A program made the translations under genes and the position numbers. From positions 1 to 22,826 of the forward strand of contig JANLWX010000098.1 of assembly GCA_031364845.1 (NCBI GenBank): a DNA stretch of 22,826 bases, written 5' to 3'. How positions within the stretch are numbered: position 1 is the first letter of the stretch; the number at the start of each line of letters is the position of its first letter. Origin of the DNA: Candidatus Eiseniibacteriota bacterium (GTDB lineage Bacteria; Eisenbacteria; RBG-16-71-46). The notes beneath the pieces were generated by a model. That model saw only the letters and a program-made list of their open reading frames with translations. It did not search any database and was not told the DNA's origin. Below, piece after piece: positions 7,450 through 16,323 of this stretch.

Positions 7450-9017
7450 GGCTTCGCGCGGCCGCGACGGTGGCGCTGGCATTGCTCGCGACCGCTCCGG
7501 CGCAGGCCGTCACCAAGATCGAAGGCCAGTACCAGCTCCAGCTCCAGCTGCGCAAGGACCTGCGCGCGTTCCCGTGGGACTTCGACAGCAACGATGGCGC
7601 GGTCAACAATACGACCGAACTGCGCCTGTTCTCGCAGCCGCTGCCGGGCGCCGAGACGTTCGTCAAAGTCGAGGGCAAGTGGAACCGCGGCGACAACTTC
7701 CTCGACCGTCCGGTGCTCCAGTTCCGCGAAGCGCACATCGGGGTCAAGCGCGAAGCGAAAGGCCGCGGCGTGAACGCGCTGCTGTTCTCGCGCGAGCGGC
7801 GGTTCTGGGTCGACAACTACCTGATCAAGTTCGTCGACGACCGCGACAACGCCCAGGGCGTGCGGCTCGACACCTGGGGCTTCCTCGGCATGAACACCTC
7901 GGTGATCTTCGGCGATCAGAGCGATCAGATGGATCCGTCGGGGCGCGCGAGCGACTACGAGCGCAATCTCGGCTACCCGGCACCACTCGCTCCGGTCGAT
8001 TCGCTCAACGAGCAGGCCTCACATCGCACCGACGACTACTACGTCGTGCGCGCGCGGCGCGAGTTCTTCAAGGACCGCCGCCTGCGCATGGGCTTCACGT
8101 TCAACCGCCAGGAAGGCTGGGCGGGACGCGACAGCGTGAGCGACCGGCGCGCGTGGGTGTCGGTGATGGGGATCGACACGCGCTATCGCATCGGCAACGT
8201 GGATTTCTCACTCGAGTACGGCCAGAGCGGGCCGCGCAACGGCGACGTCGAGAATCCCGTGATCTCGGTGTTCAAGAAGCCCACGCCGCTGCGGCTCTCG
8301 GACCGCTCGGTGCTGCAGGCGGAGATCCGCACGCTGCGCGTCGGCAATTCGAAGCTCGGCTACTTCAACGTCGCCCCCGGCTACTGGAATCGCGGCGCGC
8401 GCTGGACCAACGGTCTGGGCGGCCCGGGATCGGACGAGAGCGGGGTCATCATCCAGAGCTACTACCTGCTGCCCGAGCGCGCGATCACCTACTCCAACCA
8501 GATCATCCGCTACGGCAACCGCGTGTTCTCGCAGAAGCGCGTCGAGGAGATGTACAACGAGCTGTACGTCGAGTTCGTGAACGGCTTCACCGGCAAGACT
8601 TCCTACCGGCGCCGCGATGAATACGACACCCGCCGCAACCGCGAACGGCGCGACTCCTACCTCTCGTGGTTCAACGAAGTGCAGGTCGAGAGCCGGCTCG
8701 CGTGGCTGCGCGTCCAGAGCAAGCTGCAGAACATCGGACGCCAGGATCACAAGGCGCTGTTCGTGATCGAGAACCGCATCAACCTGACGGACCACACCAA
8801 GATCTACGCGCGCTATGCGCTCGGGAGCGATCCGAGCCGGCTGCGCAAGGGGATCTTCATGCAGCTCCAGTATCGCCCGACCGGCAGCATGGAAATGTTC
8901 GTTCAGTACGGCCCCGACTACATCGGGGGCGGATCCAATCCCGTCGACGATGGCAATCTCGCGGGCTCCGGGGACCAGTTCGACGAATTCCGCTTCACCT
9001 TGAAGGGAACGTTCTGA
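7446..9017 (+). CDS. Uncharacterised outer-membrane beta-barrel/porin (523 aa)
   Basis: GTGA overlap. Signal peptide ending AQA/V. Alternating hydrophobic strands and a C-terminal beta-signal FRFTLKGTF. Confidence 0.75.
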   Translation: MRLRAAATVALALLATAPAQAVTKIEGQYQLQLQLRKDLRAFPWDFDSNDGAVNNTTELRLFSQPLPGAETFVKVEGKWNRGDNFLDRPVLQFREAHIGVKREAKGRGVNALLFSRERRFWVDNYLIKFVDDRDNAQGVRLDTWGFLGMNTSVIFGDQSDQMDPSGRASDYERNLGYPAPLAPVDSLNEQASHRTDDYYVVRARREFFKDRRLRMGFTFNRQEGWAGRDSVSDRRAWVSVMGIDTRYRIGNVDFSLEYGQSGPRNGDVENPVISVFKKPTPLRLSDRSVLQAEIRTLRVGNSKLGYFNVAPGYWNRGARWTNGLGGPGSDESGVIIQSYYLLPERAITYSNQIIRYGNRVFSQKRVEEMYNELYVEFVNGFTGKTSYRRRDEYDTRRNRERRDSYLSWFNEVQVESRLAWLRVQSKLQNIGRQDHKALFVIENRINLTDHTKIYARYALGSDPSRLRKGIFMQLQYRPTGSMEMFVQYGPDYIGGGSNPVDDGNLAGSGDQFDEFRFTLKGTF

Positions 9018-11395
9018 TGCGACCTCTCGCACCCGCCGTGCGCCGCCCTGCGGCAGCGCTGTTCGCCGCGGCGCTCCTCGCGCTGTTCACCGTCACCTTC
9101 TCCACGCTGGCGATCGTCGTGCCGCATGCGGCCGAGGCCGCGCCCGAGAAGACACCGGGCGGGATTCGTTTCACCTACACCGATCCCAATGCGGGATCGG
9201 TCAGCGTGGCCGGCGCCTTCAACGGCTGGAACGGCACGGCGAATCCGATGGTGAAGGGCGAAGGCGGCGTGTGGAGTGCCGTGGTCGCACTGCCGCCGGG
9301 CGAGCAGCAGTACAAGTTCGTGGTCGACGGCCAGTGGATCGCCGATCCCGAGAATCCGGTCACCGGCGGCGACTTCGGCAACAGCGTGATCCGCCTCGGC
9401 CCCGACGGCGACATCCAGGCGCAGGTCGCGACCTCGAACACGCCCTACAGCCCGCGCATCCTGATCGACGGCCGCACGATCGCGCGCTTCATCGAGCGCT
9501 ACGACACGCGCTTCGACCGCTACGAGCTGGACCGTCCGTGGTTCGACGTCGATCTCGGCTTCAACGTGCGGATCTCGGATCTACTGAAGGCGCGCGTGTT
9601 GTTCAACGTCAATCCCGCGACCGAGGATGTTCAGGACTACCGCTCGCGGTTGAACTACAAGCGCGGATCGCTGCTGCTGAGCCGGCCCGGTGTGGACATC
9701 CTCGCGTTCGACAGCGAGACGATCGGGACGTGGGACGATCCACTGCATCTGGTCGGCAACATCGGCGTGTTCTCGCATCCGTTCGGATTCAACCGCAGCG
9801 GCATGCGCGTCAGCGGCCGGAAGTTCGGAATGGAAGGCGAGGTGCAGTTCTCGGACAACAACGAGGACCGCAATCAGGCGATCTGGCCGCGCTATCGCGA
9901 CTACACGATCGACAACTTCCCCACGTTCATCATCGGTCCGTCGAACCAGCCGCGCTACGTGTTCGAGACCGATCCGATCGGCAAGGCGATCGCGCTGCTC
10001 GAGACCGAGCGTGACGGCAGCGGCTTCGCGATCGCTCCGAATCAGGCATCCAAGGTGCAGGCGATGGACTTCGGCGACGACGGCGAACGCTTTGGATCGG
10101 GCGACAGCTTCGAGGACGTGTTCGCGGCACGCCTGCGCCGTCCGCTGTTCGGCCGATGGACACTCGGCGTCCTCGGACGCACCGATCGCGGCTTCAACCT
10201 CGGTCGCATGATCCTGGCCCAGCCGACCGCCGACAGCACCGTGCGTGTGCACAACACGCTGTTCTCGCAGCAGTGGTATGGCGGCGGCGTGGATGCCGAG
10301 TGGAAGGTTTCGCCCAACACGCGGATCTACGCTGAAGTGCTCGCGGGTGCCCGGCGCATGAACTTCGTCAACGGCAGCACGACCGTGACTTACGCTGTCG
10401 ACTCGCTGTTGGCGACGCGCGTCGTGATCGACCCGGCGAGTGCCGTGACCGCGAACATCGACGGCGACCACCTGACGATCGACCAGAGCACGCGCTTCAC
10501 CGTCGGCGGCAGCTACGAGTGGGGCCACAAGGACATCACGCTGCGCGGGCGGATCGAGCGCGACGCGCACACCTACCCCGCGTGGTCGCAGGCGCCGATC
10601 GCGGCGGCGGGCCAGCCGCCGGTTGATCATCCGCGCTTCGAGACCGTCGACTTCCAGCGCGCCGGATACTCGGGCACCGATCAGGACCTCGAGAACTCAG
10701 CGACCACGTTCAGCGCGGGCTGGGACCGCAACTGGCGCTACTATCTGAACCGCGAACTGATCTCACGGCTCGACGTCGAGTGGACCAACTTCGAATACGA
10801 CGCGCGCACCGCGTGGGAGTCGCAGCTGTGGTTTCCGACCGGCAACCTGTGGCTCGAAAACGATGGCCATCTCGTCACGGTCGATCGCCTGACGATGCTC
10901 GGCGAGGACCAGGCGATCCGTATCAAACCGGTGATCGAGATCCCGCTCCAGTCGAAGCGAGCGATGCGCCTCACCTACCGCGGCACGTTCTCGACCGTGG
11001 CACTCGACAAGAACCCGCGCTATGCGGAGACGCGGGTCCAGTACGGCTTCGACCTCACGCGCACGCTGCGCTTCAATTCGGACACGCGCTGGGCCAAGTA
11101 CGACGCGCCGGCGCTCTCGATCGGCCGCGGATACCTGAGCACGTTCGCCGAAATCGTCCTGCGCCCGGCGCCTTCGCTCTCGGTCTCCTTCGGTTACGGC
11201 GTCGATCCGCGGGTGCTGGATCCGGTGACCAACGAGTACGCCGACATCGGCCGCGATCAATTCCTGTTCGACCGGAACGCGAACGGGTTCATCGCCGAGA
11301 CCAATTATCTGAGCCTCGCTCCGCAGATCTCACAGGGCGAGCAGACGCTCCAGGACGAGCGGCGGTTTCAGGTCCAGGCCATCATCCGGTTCTGA
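9017..11395 (+). CDS. CBM48 (AMPK-beta-type glycogen-binding) domain fused to an outer-membrane beta-barrel (792 aa)
   Basis: TGATG overlap. Signal peptide ending AEA/A. CBM48 VSVAGAFNGW...PM....GVW..VVALPPG.QQYKFVVDGQWIADPENP...GDFGNS at about 9160-9390. The rest is strand-rich and ends FQVQAIIRF. Confidence 0.82.
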   Translation: MRPLAPAVRRPAAALFAAALLALFTVTFSTLAIVVPHAAEAAPEKTPGGIRFTYTDPNAGSVSVAGAFNGWNGTANPMVKGEGGVWSAVVALPPGEQQYKFVVDGQWIADPENPVTGGDFGNSVIRLGPDGDIQAQVATSNTPYSPRILIDGRTIARFIERYDTRFDRYELDRPWFDVDLGFNVRISDLLKARVLFNVNPATEDVQDYRSRLNYKRGSLLLSRPGVDILAFDSETIGTWDDPLHLVGNIGVFSHPFGFNRSGMRVSGRKFGMEGEVQFSDNNEDRNQAIWPRYRDYTIDNFPTFIIGPSNQPRYVFETDPIGKAIALLETERDGSGFAIAPNQASKVQAMDFGDDGERFGSGDSFEDVFAARLRRPLFGRWTLGVLGRTDRGFNLGRMILAQPTADSTVRVHNTLFSQQWYGGGVDAEWKVSPNTRIYAEVLAGARRMNFVNGSTTVTYAVDSLLATRVVIDPASAVTANIDGDHLTIDQSTRFTVGGSYEWGHKDITLRGRIERDAHTYPAWSQAPIAAAGQPPVDHPRFETVDFQRAGYSGTDQDLENSATTFSAGWDRNWRYYLNRELISRLDVEWTNFEYDARTAWESQLWFPTGNLWLENDGHLVTVDRLTMLGEDQAIRIKPVIEIPLQSKRAMRLTYRGTFSTVALDKNPRYAETRVQYGFDLTRTLRFNSDTRWAKYDAPALSIGRGYLSTFAEIVLRPAPSLSVSFGYGVDPRVLDPVTNEYADIGRDQFLFDRNANGFIAETNYLSLAPQISQGEQTLQDERRFQVQAIIRF

Positions 11396-11413
11396 GCGAA
11401 AGGAGATCATCCC

Positions 11414-11830
11414 ATGCGCGCGAAACACCGACCCTCTCTCCCGCTGCTCGCAGTGCTGGTGATTGCCGCCGCGGCACTCGCGGGCTGCGGTACGCTCAAT
11501 TTCGTCAAGCGCCGCCTGCCGCCACCGAGCCAGACCGCGAACGGTGTCGTGTTCCGTTTCAACGCGACTTCGGCCAAGCTCGTGCAACTCGCCGGCAGCT
11601 GGCCCGAGAACAACTGGCTCGCGGGCCAGGCCCAGACCGGCAGTTTTCTCGTAGGCGAGATGCAGGACCAGGACGGCGACGGCGTGTGGGAGCGGCTGGA
11701 GAAGCTGCCGCCCGGACGCTACCAGTACAAGTTCGTGATCGACCGGGTGAACTGGAAGGAAGATCCGAACAACCCCAACCGTCTCGACGATGGATTCGGA
11801 GGCTTCAATTCGCTGGTCGATGTTCGATGA
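11414..11830 (+). CDS. Lipoprotein with a single CBM48 glycogen-binding domain
   Basis: AAGGAG RBS and lipobox LAGC. VQLAGSW...DQDGDGVW...LPPGRYQYKFVID..NWKEDPNNP...DDGFGGFNS. Confidence 0.85.
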   Translation: MRAKHRPSLPLLAVLVIAAAALAGCGTLNFVKRRLPPPSQTANGVVFRFNATSAKLVQLAGSWPENNWLAGQAQTGSFLVGEMQDQDGDGVWERLEKLPPGRYQYKFVIDRVNWKEDPNNPNRLDDGFGGFNSLVDVR

Positions 11831-11834
11831 CAGC

Positions 11835-12674
11835 ATGCGCCGGCGCCTGAGCGCGCGGCGGATCATGACCCTCGCGGGCCTGCTCGCCCTGCTGGTGACG
11901 GGTGTGGCGTGCGACCGCAACGTCGCCTCGACGCTGCTGGTTCCAACCGGCCTGCGTCCGCGGCCCGCGATCGGCACCGGTGCGATCGTGGGCCGGGTGG
12001 TCTACGATCCCGGAAGCCCCGACCTCGACACGGCACCCTATCCGCCCACGATCGTCGAGTTGTTCGAGTCGGGCACCGCGGTCGCCACCGACACGCTCGA
12101 TCGTCAGACCCGAAACTTCGAATTCCTGGCATTGGCACCCGGCACCTACACCGTGATCGCGAACGCGCGCCTGTTCCAGCGCTCGTCGCTGCCCGCGGTG
12201 CGCGTCGTGGCCGATCGGGTCGATGTCGGGGATCTGGAGGTGCCGTTCGACCTTTCCCAGCTCACCACCTCATCGGTTCACGTGTCGGGCGACTTTAATG
12301 ACTTTGCCGAGTTCGCCGACTCGTGCTCGATGCAGCAACTGCGACTCGGTCTGTGGTTCGGACCCCACATCGACGCGGTGAACGCGGATCCGCCGGACAC
12401 CGCGCTCACGCTGACCGCTGGTGTGCATCGCATACGATTCATCACCAACTTCACGATCTTCAGCCCGTTCTATGTGTCCGAAAGCACGGACGTGATCGAC
12501 GCTCCCGCTACCCAGGTGCCGATGCGCCTCGCCACCGACCCCGCAACCGACATGAGCATCAACTTTCCCGTGACCGGCCGCTATCGCTTCTATCTCGACG
12601 AACGCCGCGTGACCCTGACGATCGAACAACTTCCGGCGAGCGCCGCACTCGTCGCGAGGAGGAGTTTCCGATGA
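11835..12674 (+). CDS. Lipoprotein with a carboxypeptidase-regulatory-like domain and a SusE/F- or X25-like putative starch-binding module (start uncertain: 11820 or 11835)
   Basis: Lipobox GVAC. GAIVGRV...FEFLALAPGTYTVIA. VHVSGDFNDF...LTAGVHRIRF...INFPVTGRYRFYLDE. Confidence 0.7.
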   Translation: MRRRLSARRIMTLAGLLALLVTGVACDRNVASTLLVPTGLRPRPAIGTGAIVGRVVYDPGSPDLDTAPYPPTIVELFESGTAVATDTLDRQTRNFEFLALAPGTYTVIANARLFQRSSLPAVRVVADRVDVGDLEVPFDLSQLTTSSVHVSGDFNDFAEFADSCSMQQLRLGLWFGPHIDAVNADPPDTALTLTAGVHRIRFITNFTIFSPFYVSESTDVIDAPATQVPMRLATDPATDMSINFPVTGRYRFYLDERRVTLTIEQLPASAALVARRSFR

Positions 12675-13465
12675 TGCGTTCCGCCCCGAGCACCTCGACG
12701 TTCAGCGCCGTTTCTTCCGCCCGGTTCACTGGCGCTGCCTTTTTTGCGATCGTGCTGCTCGCGGGCTGCGCGGGCGGCGTGCGCAACGGCGCCACCGGCG
12801 ATGCCGCCGGGTCGGCTCCTCCGCAGGCGGTGAAGGCTGCGGCTTCCGCAACGGCAACGGCGACCGACGGCACCGAGTTCACGTGGAAAGGCGAAGGCGG
12901 CACGGTCGCGGTCGCCGGTGAATTCAACGCATGGAACACGTCCGCCGATCCGCTGGTGAAGCAGGCCGACGGATCGTGGAAGCTTAAGAAGAAGCTGCCG
13001 GCCGGCCGCTACGCCTACAAGTACGTGATCGACGGTGGTACGTGGAAGGAAGACCCGGCGGCGAAGGAGACGGTCGACGACGGCTTCGGCGGCAAGAACG
13101 CGGTGGTCGTGGTCGGCGGCGCCGCGGGCGCCGGTGCCGGAACGAGCGTCGGTGCTGCGATCACTCCAGCGGCCCCCGCCGGCAAAGGCCGCGCACCGGT
13201 CGTGGTCGCCGACGGAGTGCTGTTCGTGTTCGCGGGCGCTGGATCGACCGTCCACCTCGCCGGCGACTTCAACGCGTGGTCGACGTCGGCCGATCCGCTC
13301 ACGAAGCAGGCGGACGGCACCTGGACGATCACCAAGAAGCTCGCTGCGGGGACCTACGGCTACAAGTTCGTGGTCGACGGCTCGAACTGGAAGACCGACG
13401 AGGCGAATCTCGAAGGCAAGGACGACGGCTTCGGCGGCAAGAATTCCATCGTGGTGGTGCCGTGA
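12671..13465 (+). CDS. Lipoprotein with two tandem CBM48 domains and Ala-rich linkers (264 aa)
   Basis: GGAGGAG RBS, ATGA overlap and lipobox LAGC. Two copies of AG(E/D)FNAW.TSADPL.KQADG.W...KKL.AG.Y.YK.V.DG..WK.D......DDGFGGKN. Confidence 0.85.
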   Translation: MMRSAPSTSTFSAVSSARFTGAAFFAIVLLAGCAGGVRNGATGDAAGSAPPQAVKAAASATATATDGTEFTWKGEGGTVAVAGEFNAWNTSADPLVKQADGSWKLKKKLPAGRYAYKYVIDGGTWKEDPAAKETVDDGFGGKNAVVVVGGAAGAGAGTSVGAAITPAAPAGKGRAPVVVADGVLFVFAGAGSTVHLAGDFNAWSTSADPLTKQADGTWTITKKLAAGTYGYKFVVDGSNWKTDEANLEGKDDGFGGKNSIVVVP

Positions 13466-16227
13466 GCGCTTGCGGAGAACGCTACCGATCGTTCGTGGCG
13501 CGCGCGTCGGCGCTGGCTGCGGCGCTTGTCCTGAGCGCGGGTGCCGCAGAAGCCGCCAAGGTCACGTTCCGCTACCAGCCGGTGATCGGCGGGGTGAACT
13601 CGGTGGCGGCGGCCGGCAGCTTCAACGGCTGGAACGCGACCGCGAACCCGATGAAGGACGACGACAAGGACGGCGTGTGGGAGACCGTCGTCGAGATCCC
13701 CGCGGGCAAGCTCGAATACAAGTTCGTCATCAACGGCGACCAGTGGAAGACCGATGAGAGTGCGGCCGACTTCTCCTCCGATGGATTCGGCGGGAAGAAC
13801 TCGGTGGCCACCGTCGGCACCGAGCCGCTGACGGTCGGGCACGGATCGGCCGTCAAGAAGGCGGCCCCCGCGAAGGTCGGGCTCCACAAGGTGACGTTCT
13901 CCTATCCCACCACCACCAAACCGCAGTCGGTCCACATCGCCGGCACGTTCAACGACTGGACCATCGGACGCAGTGCCCTGTCGGACACCGACGGCGACGG
14001 CACCTGGACGACGACCCTGCTGCTGCCGACCGGCTCCTACCAGTACAAGTTCGTCGTCAACTCGAGCCAGTGGTTCGCGGATCCGGCGCATCAGGACGCG
14101 GACACCGACGATGGCCACGGCGGCAAGAACTCGATCGTCAACGTCGACGACCGCTTTCCGATGGTGAGCGTGAAGCGCGGCGACGGCGACATCTTCCCCG
14201 ACGGCATCGTTCACGATCAGTCGGCGAGCGAGGTCAACCACTTCGGCGGCGGCCGCGTCGAGTTCACCGCCAAGTCGCATCGCGACGACGTCGAGGGCAT
14301 CGACCTCGTGACCTGGAACGGCGGTACCGAGAAGGCTGTGCCGATGCGCATCGTGAACCGCGATCGCGTGTTCGACTACTGGCGCTCGGAAGCCACGCTG
14401 CCCGCGACCGGCGAAGTGCCGTACGCGTTCCGCTACCGCGACGGCAAGCTTACGCGCTGGCTCACCGCGGGCGGCCTCGCCGAATCCGGCACCGAGAAGC
14501 GCTTCACGTTCACGACGCAGCGCTTCCCCGCGTTCTCCACGCCCGACTGGGTGAAGCACGCGGTGATCTATCAGATCTTTCCCGATCGCTTCCGCAACGG
14601 AAACAAAGCGAACGATCAGGACTTCAAGGAGTGGTATTACGAAGGCCGCGCCACCGCACCGCCGGCGGGCCAGAAGCTCAACGTCGACGCGGGCAAGGAG
14701 TACTACCACCTCGTCTCCGACTGGAACGACTACTCGGTGCTGACCAAGTCGCCGTGGGGCAAGGACGGCCGCGACTGGATGGCGTTCTACGGCGGAGATC
14801 TCGCCGGCGTTCAGCAGAGCCTCGACTACTTGAAAGATCTCGGCGTCACCGCGATTTACTTCAACCCGGTGTTCGAAGCCAAGTCGACGCACAAGTACGA
14901 CGCCGCTGATTACCGCAAGATCGATCCGCACTTCGGCACCAACGAGGAGTTCAAAGCACTGGTCACGGAGGCGAAGGCCAAGGGCATCCGCGTGATCGTC
15001 GACATCGTCTACAACCACTCGGGCAACACGACCGCGCAGTTCAAGGAAGCGGTCGAGAAGGGTCCGGCGAGCCCGACCTACAACTGGTACGAGTTCAAGA
15101 AGTGGCCGCTGCCGGCCGGCTGGCCCAACCCCGCAACGGCGTTCAAGCCCGCCGACTACTACTACTGCTGGTGGGGATACGGCGATCTGCCCGATCTCAA
15201 CTTCGATCTGTCGCGCAACAACGACGCCGAGAAGTCGGTGCGCGAGGTGAAGGACGCGCAGGTGAACGTGGCACTCGTGAACTACCTGCTCGATGCGACC
15301 GAGTATTGGCTGAAGGACGCTGGCGTCGACGGACTGCGGCTCGACGTGCCGAACGAAGTCCCGTACTGGTTCTGGAAGCTGTTCAACGAGCGCGTGAAGA
15401 AGGTGAAGCCCGACGCCTACATCGTGGGCGAGTTGTGGGGCAACGCCTCCGACTACGTGCGCCCGGGGATGTACGACGCGGTCATGAACTACGCGTTCTT
15501 CAAGGATCCCGTCCAGCGCTTCCTAGGGATGGGCGAAGGCTCGGCCGCCGAGTTCGACGCCGCACTCGCGACCGGGCGCCTCACCTACCCCACGCAGGCG
15601 GTCGAGGTTCAGATGAACCTGATCGACAGCCACGACACGCCGCGGTTCCTGACCCAGGTCGGCGGCAACGTGAAGCGCCAGATGCTTGCCGCACTGTTCG
15701 GCATGACCTACGTCGGGGCACCTCACATCTACTACGGCGACGAGATCGCGATGGAAGGCGGCGGCGATCCGGACTGCCGCCGGCCGTTCATCTGGGACTG
15801 GGAGAAGGAGCCGCGCCGGGTCGCGATGCACGACTGGTATCGCAAGCTGGCGGCGATCCGGCACGCCCATCCGGCGCTGCGAACCGGCGATTTTAGGGCG
15901 CTTCACGCGGAGGGCTTGCTTTACGCTTACGCCCGCAGCGGCGGCGGCGAGGACTTCGTCGTGGCGATCAACGCCGGGAAGGCCGACGCCGAAGTGCCGC
16001 TCGATCTGAGCGCCTTTGGGGGTGCGGTGACCGCGACCGATCTCGTCTCGGGAGCGCGCGAGTCGTGGACCGCCAAGACGCGCGTGAAGCTCGCGGGTGA
16101 AGCGGGACGCGTGTTCCAGATCCGCCGCGCGGGCGGTGCCAAGGTCGGAAGCGCGACACCGCTGAAAAAAAAGGCGAACGCGACGGCAAAGGCGGGTAGT
16201 ACGACGGCGGCGACGAAGAAGAAATAG
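13462..16227 (+). CDS. Exported GH13 neopullulanase/cyclomaltodextrinase/amylopullulanase-like alpha-glucan hydrolase with two N-terminal CBM48 domains and an N-domain (921 aa)
   Basis: GTGA overlap and signal peptide ending AEA/A. TPDWVKHAVIYQIFPDRF, GGDLAGV...LDYLKDLGVTAIYFNP, HKYD, DIVYNH, LPDLN. Catalytic triad motifs DGLRLDV, VGELW and IDSHD; also IYYGDE and DPDCR. Confidence 0.93.
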   Translation: MSACGERYRSFVARASALAAALVLSAGAAEAAKVTFRYQPVIGGVNSVAAAGSFNGWNATANPMKDDDKDGVWETVVEIPAGKLEYKFVINGDQWKTDESAADFSSDGFGGKNSVATVGTEPLTVGHGSAVKKAAPAKVGLHKVTFSYPTTTKPQSVHIAGTFNDWTIGRSALSDTDGDGTWTTTLLLPTGSYQYKFVVNSSQWFADPAHQDADTDDGHGGKNSIVNVDDRFPMVSVKRGDGDIFPDGIVHDQSASEVNHFGGGRVEFTAKSHRDDVEGIDLVTWNGGTEKAVPMRIVNRDRVFDYWRSEATLPATGEVPYAFRYRDGKLTRWLTAGGLAESGTEKRFTFTTQRFPAFSTPDWVKHAVIYQIFPDRFRNGNKANDQDFKEWYYEGRATAPPAGQKLNVDAGKEYYHLVSDWNDYSVLTKSPWGKDGRDWMAFYGGDLAGVQQSLDYLKDLGVTAIYFNPVFEAKSTHKYDAADYRKIDPHFGTNEEFKALVTEAKAKGIRVIVDIVYNHSGNTTAQFKEAVEKGPASPTYNWYEFKKWPLPAGWPNPATAFKPADYYYCWWGYGDLPDLNFDLSRNNDAEKSVREVKDAQVNVALVNYLLDATEYWLKDAGVDGLRLDVPNEVPYWFWKLFNERVKKVKPDAYIVGELWGNASDYVRPGMYDAVMNYAFFKDPVQRFLGMGEGSAAEFDAALATGRLTYPTQAVEVQMNLIDSHDTPRFLTQVGGNVKRQMLAALFGMTYVGAPHIYYGDEIAMEGGGDPDCRRPFIWDWEKEPRRVAMHDWYRKLAAIRHAHPALRTGDFRALHAEGLLYAYARSGGGEDFVVAINAGKADAEVPLDLSAFGGAVTATDLVSGARESWTAKTRVKLAGEAGRVFQIRRAGGAKVGSATPLKKKANATAKAGSTTAATKKK

Positions 16228-16279
16228 CGATCGGATCGACACGACCCGGTCGCCGACATGTCGGCCGGAGCAACGTCAT

Positions 16280-16322
16280 CGGGACCTCCCGGGGTGGTGT
16301 TCGGCCGCCTCGGGAGGTTCTG
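16280..16322 (+). promoter_or_regulatory. RNA hairpin occluding the Shine-Dalgarno of the gene at 16324
   Basis: 16282-16298 pairs with 16304-16320 around loop GTTCG. Every non-Watson-Crick pair is G-U on +. CCTCCC pairs with the SD GGGAGG. Confidence 0.6.
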
Positions 16323-16323
16323 C

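Noticed and set aside
7446..11395. SusC/TonB-dependent receptor or LamB assignment for the barrels
   Set aside because: No recognisable TonB box, plug motif or LamB signature was seen, and the 523-aa barrel is too short for a TBDT. A structure search is needed to exclude this fully.
12890..14130. Recurring DNA words such as GACGACGGCTTCGGCGGCAAGAA and TACAAGTTCGT as a CRISPR or repeat element
   Set aside because: They are in-frame copies within duplicated CBM48 coding sequence, hundreds of bases apart, with no cas genes.
13360..15018. Long antisense or alternate-frame ORFs (also 2284-3462, 5117-6289, 9581-10630, 17631-18824, 19777-21072)
   Set aside because: They shadow well-supported genes, are Arg/Gly-rich without motifs, and are expected in high-GC DNA.
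16165..16172. A8 run as a phase-variation or frameshift site
   Set aside because: It encodes Lys codons in the terminal tail after all folded domains, so slippage would have little effect.
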